Shown in pieces: positions 55,224-64,000 of a stretch of DNA of 64,000 nt. The position numbers and the translations under genes are program-made. This DNA comes from Candidatus Micrarchaeia archaeon (GTDB taxonomy: Archaea; Micrarchaeota; Micrarchaeia; Burarchaeales; Fermentimicrarchaeaceae). A model generated the notes under the pieces. It was given only the letters and a program-made list of their open reading frames with translations, searched no databases and was not told the origin of the DNA. Positions within the stretch are counted from its first letter, which is position 1. The number at the start of each line of letters is the position of its first letter. The stretch lies in the NCBI GenBank assembly GCA_038871515.1, contig JAVZHX010000001.1, forward strand, positions 128,001 to 192,000. Direction: 5' to 3'.

Positions 55224-56982
55224 TGAATGCGCGAAATATTGGTTGGGGGAGAGATTTAACCCAAGATGGCCAGAATATCCTGATTTAAGAAATGAGGTGT
55301 ACATCGATAACATCCTGTCCCTCGTAGCTCGAAAAGAAGAAAATGTGCTTTTTGTTGTTTATGAACCAGCATCCAAGAATTTTAGTGTATGCGAAAAAGA
55401 AGAAGTAATAGAAATGATTAATACGAACAAACTTGGAGTTATAAGAGCGATTGTGATGAATCCATCTTACAGCTCTAGTTTTTATGATGAAAGAAATAAA
55501 TGGTTGGGTAGCACAGGCGGTATAAACTCCTTCTTCCCGTTTATTTTTGTCCTTCCTGAGGAAAATGAGATTGAGAGAAAAATGAGGAAGACAAAAGGAA
55601 GTTTGAGTAGGTATAATGCTGCAAAATTTGAGGAGATTTTTGATGATAAAGACTTTTTGAATGGATTAAAGAAAAAAATAAGGGAGTTAAGTGGTGAAAC
55701 CAAAGAAAAAAAAGTTTATATTTTAATATTGTTTGATAAACCTGAGGAATATACAAAGTTCTTAAAATCTGAAGAAATATTGAAAAACATTATTACAAGT
55801 ACATTTAAAAAAGAAATATGTCAATTATGCGGTGAGAAAGGGGTTACAGGATATCCTATTGTAGGGAGTAGTTACGATGCTAAAAAAATATTTTTGAGGA
55901 GTCCAACTAAAGGGGATGGAAGAATAAGTGTGTGTCCTACGTGTGGATTTAAAATAAACGCATTCTATAAATTACTTAAACAATGTAAGGTACTTCCAGT
56001 TTTTGTTGATAGATATGTCACTACAATTGCCGCAGAGAATATCCGAGAATACTTAAGAGGGGAAGAGGGATATGAAAAATTTATGAACCGAGTTTATGAG
56101 AAACTGGGGAAAAAAGATGAATATAAAATGGCGCATTACCTAATGAGTATTATTGATAACGTTATCTGGGTTGATTATGTTGCATCTCTCAAATGGGTTC
56201 TGGAGTGGGAGAGTTTTGAAGGGGAAGAATTGGAGGTTAAAAGAAAGTCTATGAATAGAATGGAAATAGAAAGGATTTTTTATGCTTCTATTTTTAAGAA
56301 GGGTACAGAGAAATTCAAGTGGCCTTTTCGTATTTACTTTGGAAATTTGAAAGAGTGGGAAGGAAAGCTTGGAAGATATGGGGCGTATTTACTCTATCGA
56401 TATAGGGATTTGCTTTATAGATTTGTTTATAAAAATGATGTGGCCTTCTCCAAAAATGAGATTATAGAGTTTGTTAATCTCGCGATAACTCAGAAGTATT
56501 ATGATGTTTTAGAAGAGGGTTGGACAATTTTTACATTCGGAAAGTCAATAATTGCGCCTCTTGAAATCTTTTTCAATAGCGTTTGGAGTGGAGGTGATAA
56601 AATGGAGGGGTTAGAAGAGTTGAGAAGAAAATTGGACGAAGTTGTTGAGAAGGAAAATGTACAACTTAATGAAGAAGAATGGGCTTATTGCGCAGGTGCA
56701 TTTTATAGGTATCTTGTTAGTCAGTCTAAATCCAAAGAGCCTCCATTGGAATTAGAACCGCTTGTGAATGCCAGCAGAGTGGAGGAGGTTTTGGATGTTA
56801 TAGTCCGAACATTTGAGAGGTATCAACATTCTATAAAACAACAGTTCATTAAAAAATGGGGTAACATAGCTAGTTCAGCTCTAATTCCGAAAGATAGAGA
56901 GAGGGATTTTGAAGAACTAAAGCCGTTCTTCTACGCAGGATTTATTGATCCTTTTGCTTCAGAAAAATTTTGGGGTAAATAG
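55195..56982 (+). CDS. cas8b: Type I-B large subunit Cas8b (Csh1-like)
   Basis: Between cas6 and cas7; CQLC..CPTC Zn site; C-terminal small-subunit-like region. Confidence 0.75.
   Translation: MLNEMCLFVDECAKYWLGERFNPRWPEYPDLRNEVYIDNILSLVARKEENVLFVVYEPASKNFSVCEKEEVIEMINTNKLGVIRAIVMNPSYSSSFYDERNKWLGSTGGINSFFPFIFVLPEENEIERKMRKTKGSLSRYNAAKFEEIFDDKDFLNGLKKKIRELSGETKEKKVYILILFDKPEEYTKFLKSEEILKNIITSTFKKEICQLCGEKGVTGYPIVGSSYDAKKIFLRSPTKGDGRISVCPTCGFKINAFYKLLKQCKVLPVFVDRYVTTIAAENIREYLRGEEGYEKFMNRVYEKLGKKDEYKMAHYLMSIIDNVIWVDYVASLKWVLEWESFEGEELEVKRKSMNRMEIERIFYASIFKKGTEKFKWPFRIYFGNLKEWEGKLGRYGAYLLYRYRDLLYRFVYKNDVAFSKNEIIEFVNLAITQKYYDVLEEGWTIFTFGKSIIAPLEIFFNSVWSGGDKMEGLEELRRKLDEVVEKENVQLNEEEWAYCAGAFYRYLVSQSKSKEPPLELEPLVNASRVEEVLDVIVRTFERYQHSIKQQFIKKWGNIASSALIPKDRERDFEELKPFFYAGFIDPFASEKFWGK
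56602..56982 (+). CDS. cas11: Putative Cas11 small subunit from an internal start in cas8b
   Basis: In-frame ATG preceded by GGAGGTGA at 56590-56597; 126 aa. Confidence 0.6.
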   Translation: MEGLEELRRKLDEVVEKENVQLNEEEWAYCAGAFYRYLVSQSKSKEPPLELEPLVNASRVEEVLDVIVRTFERYQHSIKQQFIKKWGNIASSALIPKDRERDFEELKPFFYAGFIDPFASEKFWGK

Positions 56983-56993
56983 GAGGTGATAGA

Positions 56994-57938
56994 ATGAGTG
57001 AGAGAAGATATGGGAAATTCGCAGCTGGGATTGTGAGTCTTAGAGCTCAGGATGCAAACTGGAACGCCGACTTCTCGGGTTGGCCAAGAAAATTACCTGG
57101 TGGGGGATTTTATTCTACAGACAAAGCTCTAAAATATACAATAAGAAGATACCTGAAAGAGGTAAAAAACCAGAATTTAATTTTTTGGAGAGTATATGAT
57201 GAAAAGGGACAGGTTGGTAATTTACTTGCAATGTTAGAGAAAAATAAGATAAAGACAGATACGAACATTGCAAAGCAAGTACTCGAAAAATGTCTTGACG
57301 TTCGGTTGTTTGGTGGAACATTTACGCTTAAAAACCAACAGTTTTCAATTACTGGACCTGTGCAGATAACTTATGGTATCGATGTATGGGGTAAAGGAAA
57401 GCCCTATGTAAGCCAGATACAATCACCCAAATACGAGGGTAAGGAAAGAGGAGAGGAAAGTAAAGCAGAGTACGGACCTCAGACCACACTTGGCTCAGAG
57501 GTACGTTTGACAGAGGGACATTATGTATTTGATTTTACAATAAACCCAAATAATCTAGAAAAAGATGATTTTCTCGCTTCAAGTGCACCAGAAGTCTTTT
57601 TATCAAATGACGATGTGGAGATGTTTAAAGAAGCACTTATTCACGGTCCTGGTTATACCACCAGTACAACTAAAACAGGGGTTTTTACTGAGTTAGTAAT
57701 ATTTGCAGAATTTGAAATAGAAGATGGATTTGTCCCATTAGTTCCGATATTGAGGGATGGGGTAAGCGTGCAAAAGAGTAATGGAGATAACCTAAAGCGC
57801 AAAATAGATATACGGAGGGTGGTGGGAGTACTGAAAGAGTTGGGAGCGAACCGAATTGAGTTGTATTTTAGACCAGATCTATGTGAAATCGAGTATGATA
57901 AAGAGGATGGAATAATGGAGGTAGAAATAAAGCCTTAA
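56994..57938 (+). CDS. cas7: Cas7 (Csh2-like)
   Basis: ANWNADFSGWPR, TDKALKYTIR, DVRLFG, SITGPVQI. Confidence 0.9.
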   Translation: MSERRYGKFAAGIVSLRAQDANWNADFSGWPRKLPGGGFYSTDKALKYTIRRYLKEVKNQNLIFWRVYDEKGQVGNLLAMLEKNKIKTDTNIAKQVLEKCLDVRLFGGTFTLKNQQFSITGPVQITYGIDVWGKGKPYVSQIQSPKYEGKERGEESKAEYGPQTTLGSEVRLTEGHYVFDFTINPNNLEKDDFLASSAPEVFLSNDDVEMFKEALIHGPGYTTSTTKTGVFTELVIFAEFEIEDGFVPLVPILRDGVSVQKSNGDNLKRKIDIRRVVGVLKELGANRIELYFRPDLCEIEYDKEDGIMEVEIKP

Positions 57939-57956
57939 ATTGAGAGAGGAGATGCC

Positions 57957-58709
57957 ATGGGAGAATCTGGTGAGTTATTCTCATTCATAATTTCTTCAGA
58001 TTTCTCTGCATTTAGGAAATTTGATACTGGTGGTGATTATTATTTAACATATTATTTTATACCGCGGCCAACAGTTTTAGGTATCCTTGGTTCGATCATT
58101 GGACTTAAAAAATCAGCTAAGGATATGCTTCCATGGTGGGAGGAACTTAAAAACACAAAGATTGGTGTTGAACCACTAAATATCAATCTGATTAAGCATT
58201 TTGTTGCTTATAACAATAGTACTGGAGCTGCGTCTCAAACTGAAAAAAACGGAGGAGGTCAAACATTAGTGATAAAGGAGCAGATATTAATAAATCCAGC
58301 GTATAGAATTTATGTGGAGATTAATGAGAAAACAGAGGGAATTTTTGAACTATTAAAAACTAAAAAATCTATATTTACGCCGTATTTAGGAAAAAACGAA
58401 TTCAAAGCGCAAATTTCTGAAGTTAAAAAACATAAATTTGTAAATTTTGAGGGTGTCAGCAAGATAGATTCTATTTATCCTTCTTTCTTGGGAGAGGCAA
58501 AAAACCGTTCAACGATTTGGCTAGATAAAGGGGGTGAGATAGTGCAGATTTTTGAAAGTCATCCTTATACATATTACAATAATAAGTACAAACAGTTCGT
58601 GTTCGTCTTCTCATCTCACGAAATAGACACCAAAATGGTTACCAGCCCTATAAAAGGAGAGTTTGTGCGAGTTGATGACAGAAAGGTGATATATCTTTAT
58701 GGGGGTTAG
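57957..58709 (+). CDS. cas5: Cas5
   Basis: FSAFRK..LTY..IPRPTVLGILGSIIG, PYLGKNEF. Confidence 0.9.
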   Translation: MGESGELFSFIISSDFSAFRKFDTGGDYYLTYYFIPRPTVLGILGSIIGLKKSAKDMLPWWEELKNTKIGVEPLNINLIKHFVAYNNSTGAASQTEKNGGGQTLVIKEQILINPAYRIYVEINEKTEGIFELLKTKKSIFTPYLGKNEFKAQISEVKKHKFVNFEGVSKIDSIYPSFLGEAKNRSTIWLDKGGEIVQIFESHPYTYYNNKYKQFVFVFSSHEIDTKMVTSPIKGEFVRVDDRKVIYLYGG

Positions 58710-58711
58710 AA

Positions 58712-61120
58712 ATGGGATTTTTATGGAGGAGATACGTAGAAGTTCTAGAAAAATCTGGGCTGATTTATGCTCATTGCAACGAAACACTTGATGAACACGG
58801 GGAGAATTGTATCTCCCAACTAAAAAACTTAAAAGAATATTTGGGTAATCTTCCTATCTTAGAATGCTTTGGAGGACGAAAAGATAATTTAACTCTCTTA
58901 GATGACCTAACGTATTTTCATGATCTTGGTAAGGCGGATACTGAATTTCAAAAAAATCTTATAAAAAATTGTAGTGGAGACAAGGTGAATTTACCTCCCC
59001 ACGCAGAAAAAGGATTTTTGAGAATTTCTAAGTATTTATTTAATAAGTGCAAAAAAGATTCTCGAAATGAAATGTTAATACGTGGATTTTTGTTGTCAAC
59101 AATAGTAGATAGACATCACTCCAACCTTAAAGATGTTGATGATTATGAACATTGTTCAGAGGAATTTGGTAAGTATTATCCGAAAGCAATAGAATATCTA
59201 AAAGAACGCTACCCGGGCCTTACTCTTTATTTTTTATACCGGCTTTTTTATTCGTGTCTTAAAACGGCGGATATGCTTGCAACTTCTTTTGGGGGGTCTA
59301 CTGAAAGTTTAGAGAAAACAAGTATAGTTGGCAAGATTAACAAGTACAAAGATAGATTGACGGAGTACATAGAGGCATTAAAAAGTGAGAATAAACCCCT
59401 TACAGGTTATAGAGAAACACTTCGTAGAGAAGCTATAGAAAGAGTTCGCACAATTTTGGAGGAAGCACCACCCAAAAGAATATTGTTTTTGTATCTCCCT
59501 ACTGGAGGAGGGAAAACTTTAACTTCATTGTCAATGGCACTTGAGTTAGCAGAAAAGAAAAATCTCAAAAGGATATTCTACGTGTTTCCCTATATTAATA
59601 TTATAGAACAAAATTCCCAAATTCTTCAGAAAATTTTCGGTGATGACTTAAAAGCGATTCATACCTACGCGGATATAGCAGAAGGGGACCTGGGGGAGGC
59701 AGAAGAAGGAATTAATAACAAACAGTTACTGAACATCGAAACCTTCAATTTTCCAGCTATAACTATGAGTTCTGTTAGATTTTTTGATATTCTTTTTTCG
59801 AATAAAAAAAGCTCAGTAATAAAAACATGGGCGCTTGCAAATTCCGTAGTGATAATAGATGAAGTACAATACTTTCCAAAAAAATATTGGGAAGTAATAA
59901 TAACTACCATGGCGGAATTCGGAGAATTGTTTAATACCTATTTTATACTTATGTCGGCTACCTTGCCTCAACTTGATATTTTTTTGAAAGATAAAGAGAA
60001 GGAGTATGTCGCAAAAGTAATAAAAAGAGAAGATATTCAAAAAGAGATACTACAAAAATTTGAAAATAGAACCCAAATAAAATCATTGGAAACAAGCGAA
60101 AGCTCCGTGGAAGATACTATTTGTGAAAAAGCTAAGGAACTAGCTGAGTCTAACCAAAAAGTACTTGTTGTGGTAAACACTATTAGGGCAAGCAAAAAGA
60201 TTTATGAGATGCTCGGGGAAGAACTTGAAAATATAGAAGTCTGCCTACTGAATAGCAGTCTACTTTATCCACGAAGATTAGAAGTATTGGAAACTTTCGG
60301 TAAGAACTGCGGGAAAAAGATACTTGTCTCAACTCAAGCGATAGAAGCGGGTGTTGATTTAGATTTTGATGTAGGCATCCGGGAAAAAGCTCCGCCCGAG
60401 TCAATCCTGCAGGTGGCGGGTCGCATTAACAGAGAGATTAAACGCGATACGTCAGTTCTTTATGTAACCAAAAAAAGTCAAAGTATCCGCAAGGTTTACA
60501 AAGAATATGATGAATATGAGCGATGGGGAGTTAGCATTAATCTTGATGAGCTTAACATAGGAGACGGCATAGATAGATATCTCAAAAAGCTTGCGGAGGA
60601 ACTGCGGAAAAAAGGAACATCAAGTCCAAAAATGATGGAGGATATGAGAGGATTAAGGTTCGAGGAGGTGGGGAGGGAGAGAATAATAGAGAAAACAGGT
60701 ATGATAGATGTTTTATTTAATGGTGAAGTCAAAATCAAAGATGAATATATTATAGGAAAGCATAGGGTTTGTGTTGGTAAGAAAGTTAAGAAAATTTTGG
60801 AAAGAACGGGATGGGAAGTTTGTGAGTTTCAACAGAATTACTGTATTTTGAACCCTCAGAAATTTGCGGAATATTATTGGGAGTATGCAGAAGGAATAAA
60901 TAATTTAGATTACAAAGGGAAATTTGAGAAATTGGTAGAGATAAGAGAACTTAATTATATTTGGAGGTTGTTTAACTTTTCATTGCGGTATCCGACAGAA
61001 GAAAAGTTAGCGATGTTGAAGAGGGATAAGTATGGAAAAATGTGGGTCAGTAGTCCGTACTATTCTTTTAAAGATGGATTCACGGGAGATGGATTAGTTG
61101 ATGAGTACATATGGGGCTGA
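58712..61120 (+). CDS. cas3: Cas3 HD nuclease-helicase
   Basis: HDLGK, PTGGGKT, IDEVQ, MSAT, STQAIEAGVD, QVAGRINR. Confidence 0.95.
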   Translation: MGFLWRRYVEVLEKSGLIYAHCNETLDEHGENCISQLKNLKEYLGNLPILECFGGRKDNLTLLDDLTYFHDLGKADTEFQKNLIKNCSGDKVNLPPHAEKGFLRISKYLFNKCKKDSRNEMLIRGFLLSTIVDRHHSNLKDVDDYEHCSEEFGKYYPKAIEYLKERYPGLTLYFLYRLFYSCLKTADMLATSFGGSTESLEKTSIVGKINKYKDRLTEYIEALKSENKPLTGYRETLRREAIERVRTILEEAPPKRILFLYLPTGGGKTLTSLSMALELAEKKNLKRIFYVFPYINIIEQNSQILQKIFGDDLKAIHTYADIAEGDLGEAEEGINNKQLLNIETFNFPAITMSSVRFFDILFSNKKSSVIKTWALANSVVIIDEVQYFPKKYWEVIITTMAEFGELFNTYFILMSATLPQLDIFLKDKEKEYVAKVIKREDIQKEILQKFENRTQIKSLETSESSVEDTICEKAKELAESNQKVLVVVNTIRASKKIYEMLGEELENIEVCLLNSSLLYPRRLEVLETFGKNCGKKILVSTQAIEAGVDLDFDVGIREKAPPESILQVAGRINREIKRDTSVLYVTKKSQSIRKVYKEYDEYERWGVSINLDELNIGDGIDRYLKKLAEELRKKGTSSPKMMEDMRGLRFEEVGRERIIEKTGMIDVLFNGEVKIKDEYIIGKHRVCVGKKVKKILERTGWEVCEFQQNYCILNPQKFAEYYWEYAEGINNLDYKGKFEKLVEIRELNYIWRLFNFSLRYPTEEKLAMLKRDKYGKMWVSSPYYSFKDGFTGDGLVDEYIWG

Positions 61121-61629
61121 TACCACTTCAACTGGTCGTGACTGGAACCCAAGTTAATTACTTCTACATCTGCCCAGTAAAACTTTGGTGTTTTTCGCAC
61201 CATCTCCAGATGGAGCACCATTCTGAACTTGTAGCGATAGGTAGATTTATTGATGAAGAGAGTTATGCGCGAGAGAAAAAGAATGAATTGGTGGAAGGTG
61301 CAATAATGATAGACTTCATCAAAAAAGGTAACAGTGTAGAGATACACGAAATCAAAAAATCTTTAAAAATGGAGAAGGCACATGAGATGCAAGCTCTTTA
61401 CTATGCATATTTCCTTAAGAAAAGAGGGGTTGAGGATATAAGGGTAATTTTAGATTATCCTTTGCTAAGGGAAAGGAGGGAAAGTATTCTCACGCTAGAG
61501 AAGGAAAAAGAACTTGAATACGCACTTCAAAGAATAGAGGAAGTAGTATCCAAACCCACTCCTCCTGAACCGAAGAGAGTTCCATATTGTAAAAAATGTG
61601 CTTATTATGAATTATGTTGGGGGGATTGA
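61111..61629 (+). CDS. cas4: Cas4
   Basis: TGTQVNYFYICP, EIKK, CKKCAYYELC. Confidence 0.95.
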   Translation: MGLIPLQLVVTGTQVNYFYICPVKLWCFSHHLQMEHHSELVAIGRFIDEESYAREKKNELVEGAIMIDFIKKGNSVEIHEIKKSLKMEKAHEMQALYYAYFLKKRGVEDIRVILDYPLLRERRESILTLEKEKELEYALQRIEEVVSKPTPPEPKRVPYCKKCAYYELCWGD

Positions 61630-62604
61630 ATGAAAAAGAACTTTCACATAGTTTCTGAGGGAATTCTTGAGAGACATGAGAACACCATTTATTTTTTAAA
61701 TAAGGATGGAAAACGTCCATTACCAATCGAGCGCATCTATCAGTTGTACGCTCATGGGCCTCTTACAATAACCTCCGGTGTCGTTCATTACTTTGCACAG
61801 AAAGGAATTCCAATTCACTTTTTCAACTACTATGGTTTCTATGACGGGAGCTTCTACCCAAGAGAAAGTTTGGTATCAGGAGATTTGTTGGTAAAACAGG
61901 TTGAGTATTATCTAAACCAAGAGAAGAGAATGGTGCTGGCTAGAAAGTTTGTTGATGGTGCAATAAGTAATATGGTAAAAACAATTGCTGAATACAAAAT
62001 TGAAGGGAAAAAAGATGAACTTGAAGCACTTAAAAATGAATTGCCCAATGCTAAGTCTGTTACAGATTTGATGAATATTGAGGCAAGGGCTAGAATTTCT
62101 TATTATGGATGTTTTGACTACATTCTAAATGAAGAGTTTAGATTTGAGAAAAGAACCAAGCAACCTCCCCAAAATGAAGTAAACACGCTCATAAGTTTTG
62201 GTAACTCACTTCTTTACACAACTGTCTTAGCTGAGTTATACAACACGCAGTTAAATCCCACCATTTCATACTTACATGAACCATCTGAAAGAAGATTCTC
62301 CTTGTGTCTTGATATAAGTGAAATATTCAAACCGCTTATTGTGGATAGATTGATTTTTTACGTGATTAATAAGAATATTATTCAGAAAAGTGATTTCGCG
62401 GAAGAGTTGAGTGGTTTAATATTAAATGAAAAAGGAAAGAGAACATTTTTGAAGTATTATGAAGAGAAGCTTGAGACAACGATAAAGCACCGCAATCTTA
62501 GGAGGAAAGTTTCTTATCAAAGGCTTATAAGGTTAGAAGCGTATAAACTGATAAAGCATCTTTTGGGTATGAAGGAGTATAACCCATTTGTGATGTGGTG
62601 GTAG
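61630..62604 (+). CDS. cas1: Cas1 (type I-B)
   Basis: NTLISFGNSLLY, SYLHEP, LDISEIFKP. Confidence 0.96.
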   Translation: MKKNFHIVSEGILERHENTIYFLNKDGKRPLPIERIYQLYAHGPLTITSGVVHYFAQKGIPIHFFNYYGFYDGSFYPRESLVSGDLLVKQVEYYLNQEKRMVLARKFVDGAISNMVKTIAEYKIEGKKDELEALKNELPNAKSVTDLMNIEARARISYYGCFDYILNEEFRFEKRTKQPPQNEVNTLISFGNSLLYTTVLAELYNTQLNPTISYLHEPSERRFSLCLDISEIFKPLIVDRLIFYVINKNIIQKSDFAEELSGLILNEKGKRTFLKYYEEKLETTIKHRNLRRKVSYQRLIRLEAYKLIKHLLGMKEYNPFVMWW

Positions 62605-62605
62605 A

Positions 62606-62872
62606 GTGTATGTTATAATTGCTTATGATATTAATGTTGAAAGAGTGAATAGAGCGAAAGCATTTCTTAGGATGTATCTTACATGGGTTCAGAATTCGTT
62701 GTTTGAAGGTGAAATCACAGAGAGCGATTATATGGAGATTAAAAAGGGGCTATCTGAAATTATAAAGCTGGAGGAGGATTCAGTAGTTTTTTATCTTTTT
62801 TCAAGCAATAAGTTGTTCACAAGAGAAACGATGGGTAAGAAAAAGGGAGAACCAAAGGAGGTAGTATTATAA
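62606..62872 (+). CDS. cas2: Cas2
   Basis: YVIIAYDI, WVQNSLFEG, DSVVFY. Confidence 0.95.
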   Translation: MYVIIAYDINVERVNRAKAFLRMYLTWVQNSLFEGEITESDYMEIKKGLSEIIKLEEDSVVFYLFSSNKLFTRETMGKKKGEPKEVVL

Positions 62873-62973
62873 AATCGCGAATCTAAGGGCAGTTGTGCAT
62901 TATTAATGATTCGCGATGAGAAATATGGAAATTGGGGTATCTTGCTGACGTAGAAAACAGCTGGAATGAGCCT
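62873..62973 (+). promoter_or_regulatory. CRISPR leader (putative)
   Basis: About 100-bp non-coding region between cas2 and the first repeat. Confidence 0.55.
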
Positions 62974-63999
62974 GTTAGAATAAGACTATTGTAGGATTGA
63001 AATCAAAGAAAATAAACGACATTTTAGTTATATTATTTTGGTTAGAATAAGACTATTGTAGGATTGAAATAAATTCAAAGTTTCTGTATCCCATTCATTA
63101 CGAATGGTTAGAATAAGACTATTGTAGGATTGAAATTAGGTTTCAAGCCAGCAACGAGAATAAAAATCAAACGTTAGAATAAGACTATTGTAGGATTGAA
63201 ATGCAGGGGTGTCTCCCCAACCAGTCAGTTTGATGGTGGTTAGAATAAGACTATTGTAGGATTGAAATATTCAAGAGCAAATCAAGCGTGGCAGGGATTG
63301 GATAGTTAGAATAAGACTATTGTAGGATTGAAATCTTCCTCTCCTTCGTTATTGATTACAAGAACCTTATGTTAGAATAAGACTATTGTAGGATTGAAAT
63401 TAGGAGGCAGACTGAAACATACGCAGCTTGCTGTCGCGTTAGAATAAGACTATTGTAGGATTGAAATACTGCAGCAACAGCGCGAGGACAGATTATTTTA
63501 GTTAGTTAGAATAAGACTATTGTAGGATTGAAATAGAGAAACCACTCCCCACAGAGCAAATTCCTGTAAAAGTTAGAATAAGACTATTGTAGGATTGAAA
63601 TCACATTAATAGCAGTGATTCTCATATGGTCGACTTAGTTAGAATAAGACTATTGTAGGATTGAAATTTCTCAACAGAAGGAAGACCTTTAGCTCCTTCT
63701 TTCGGTTAGAATAAGACTATTGTAGGATTGAAATCCTCGTATTGTCATTCATATCGGGGAGAATGGGTATGTTAGAATAAGACTATTGTAGGATTGAAAT
63801 GGGGTCAGAACCAAAAGCGTTGGGAGTTTTCGTGAAAGTTAGAATAAGACTATTGTAGGATTGAAATATATATAGTTTGGAAATTCTAAAATTATTTTAG
63901 AACGTTAGAATAAGACTATTGTAGGATTGAAATTCCGAAGCAAAGTTGAGAATTTTAAAGAACTGTATTGTTAGAATAAGACTATTGTAGGATTGAAAT
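62974..63999 (+). CRISPR. CRISPR array: 16 identical 30-bp repeats GTTAGAATAAGACTATTGTAGGATTGAAAT and 15 spacers of 36-37 bp, probably continuing past the window
   Basis: Direct reading; the ATTGAAA(N) 3' end is typical of I-B repeats. Confidence 0.98.
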
Positions 64000-64000
64000 A

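Noticed and set aside
63269..63304. Spacer 5 begins ATTCAAGAGCAA, which also occurs in the integrase gene near 34190
   Set aside because: Only 12 nt match and the rest diverges. I saw no convincing spacer match in the window by eye; a proper alignment is still needed.

Overview
Archaeal chromosomal window. The gene set, multi-intron tRNA and pilin cluster suggest a DPANN/Micrarchaeota-like lineage, which is inference only. Most of it is housekeeping: fibrillarin, metG, intein-containing MCM, presenilin-like protease, aIF-2beta, aIF-1A, Rio1, KH protein, intein-containing Top6B, Top6A, enolase, NAC, S3Ae, S15, ITPase, valS, a three-gene sulfide-dependent homocysteine cluster, FttA, proteasome beta, FKBP, tdh-kbl, a type IV pilin-like cluster and thyX. 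Four tRNAs are present: Lys (one intron), Asn (two introns), His and Leu. The window ends in a complete type I-B CRISPR-Cas locus whose array (at least 16 repeats) runs off the edge. The most striking observation is an ~8 kb tyrosine-integrase element (33997-41983) bounded by a 14-bp direct repeat. That repeat is not a tRNA end. It is the 3' end of an apparent box C/D guide RNA gene (33951-34010), whose two guides are complementary to conserved 23S rRNA peptidyl-transferase-centre sequences. The reconstructed attP is a 68-bp imperfect palindrome.
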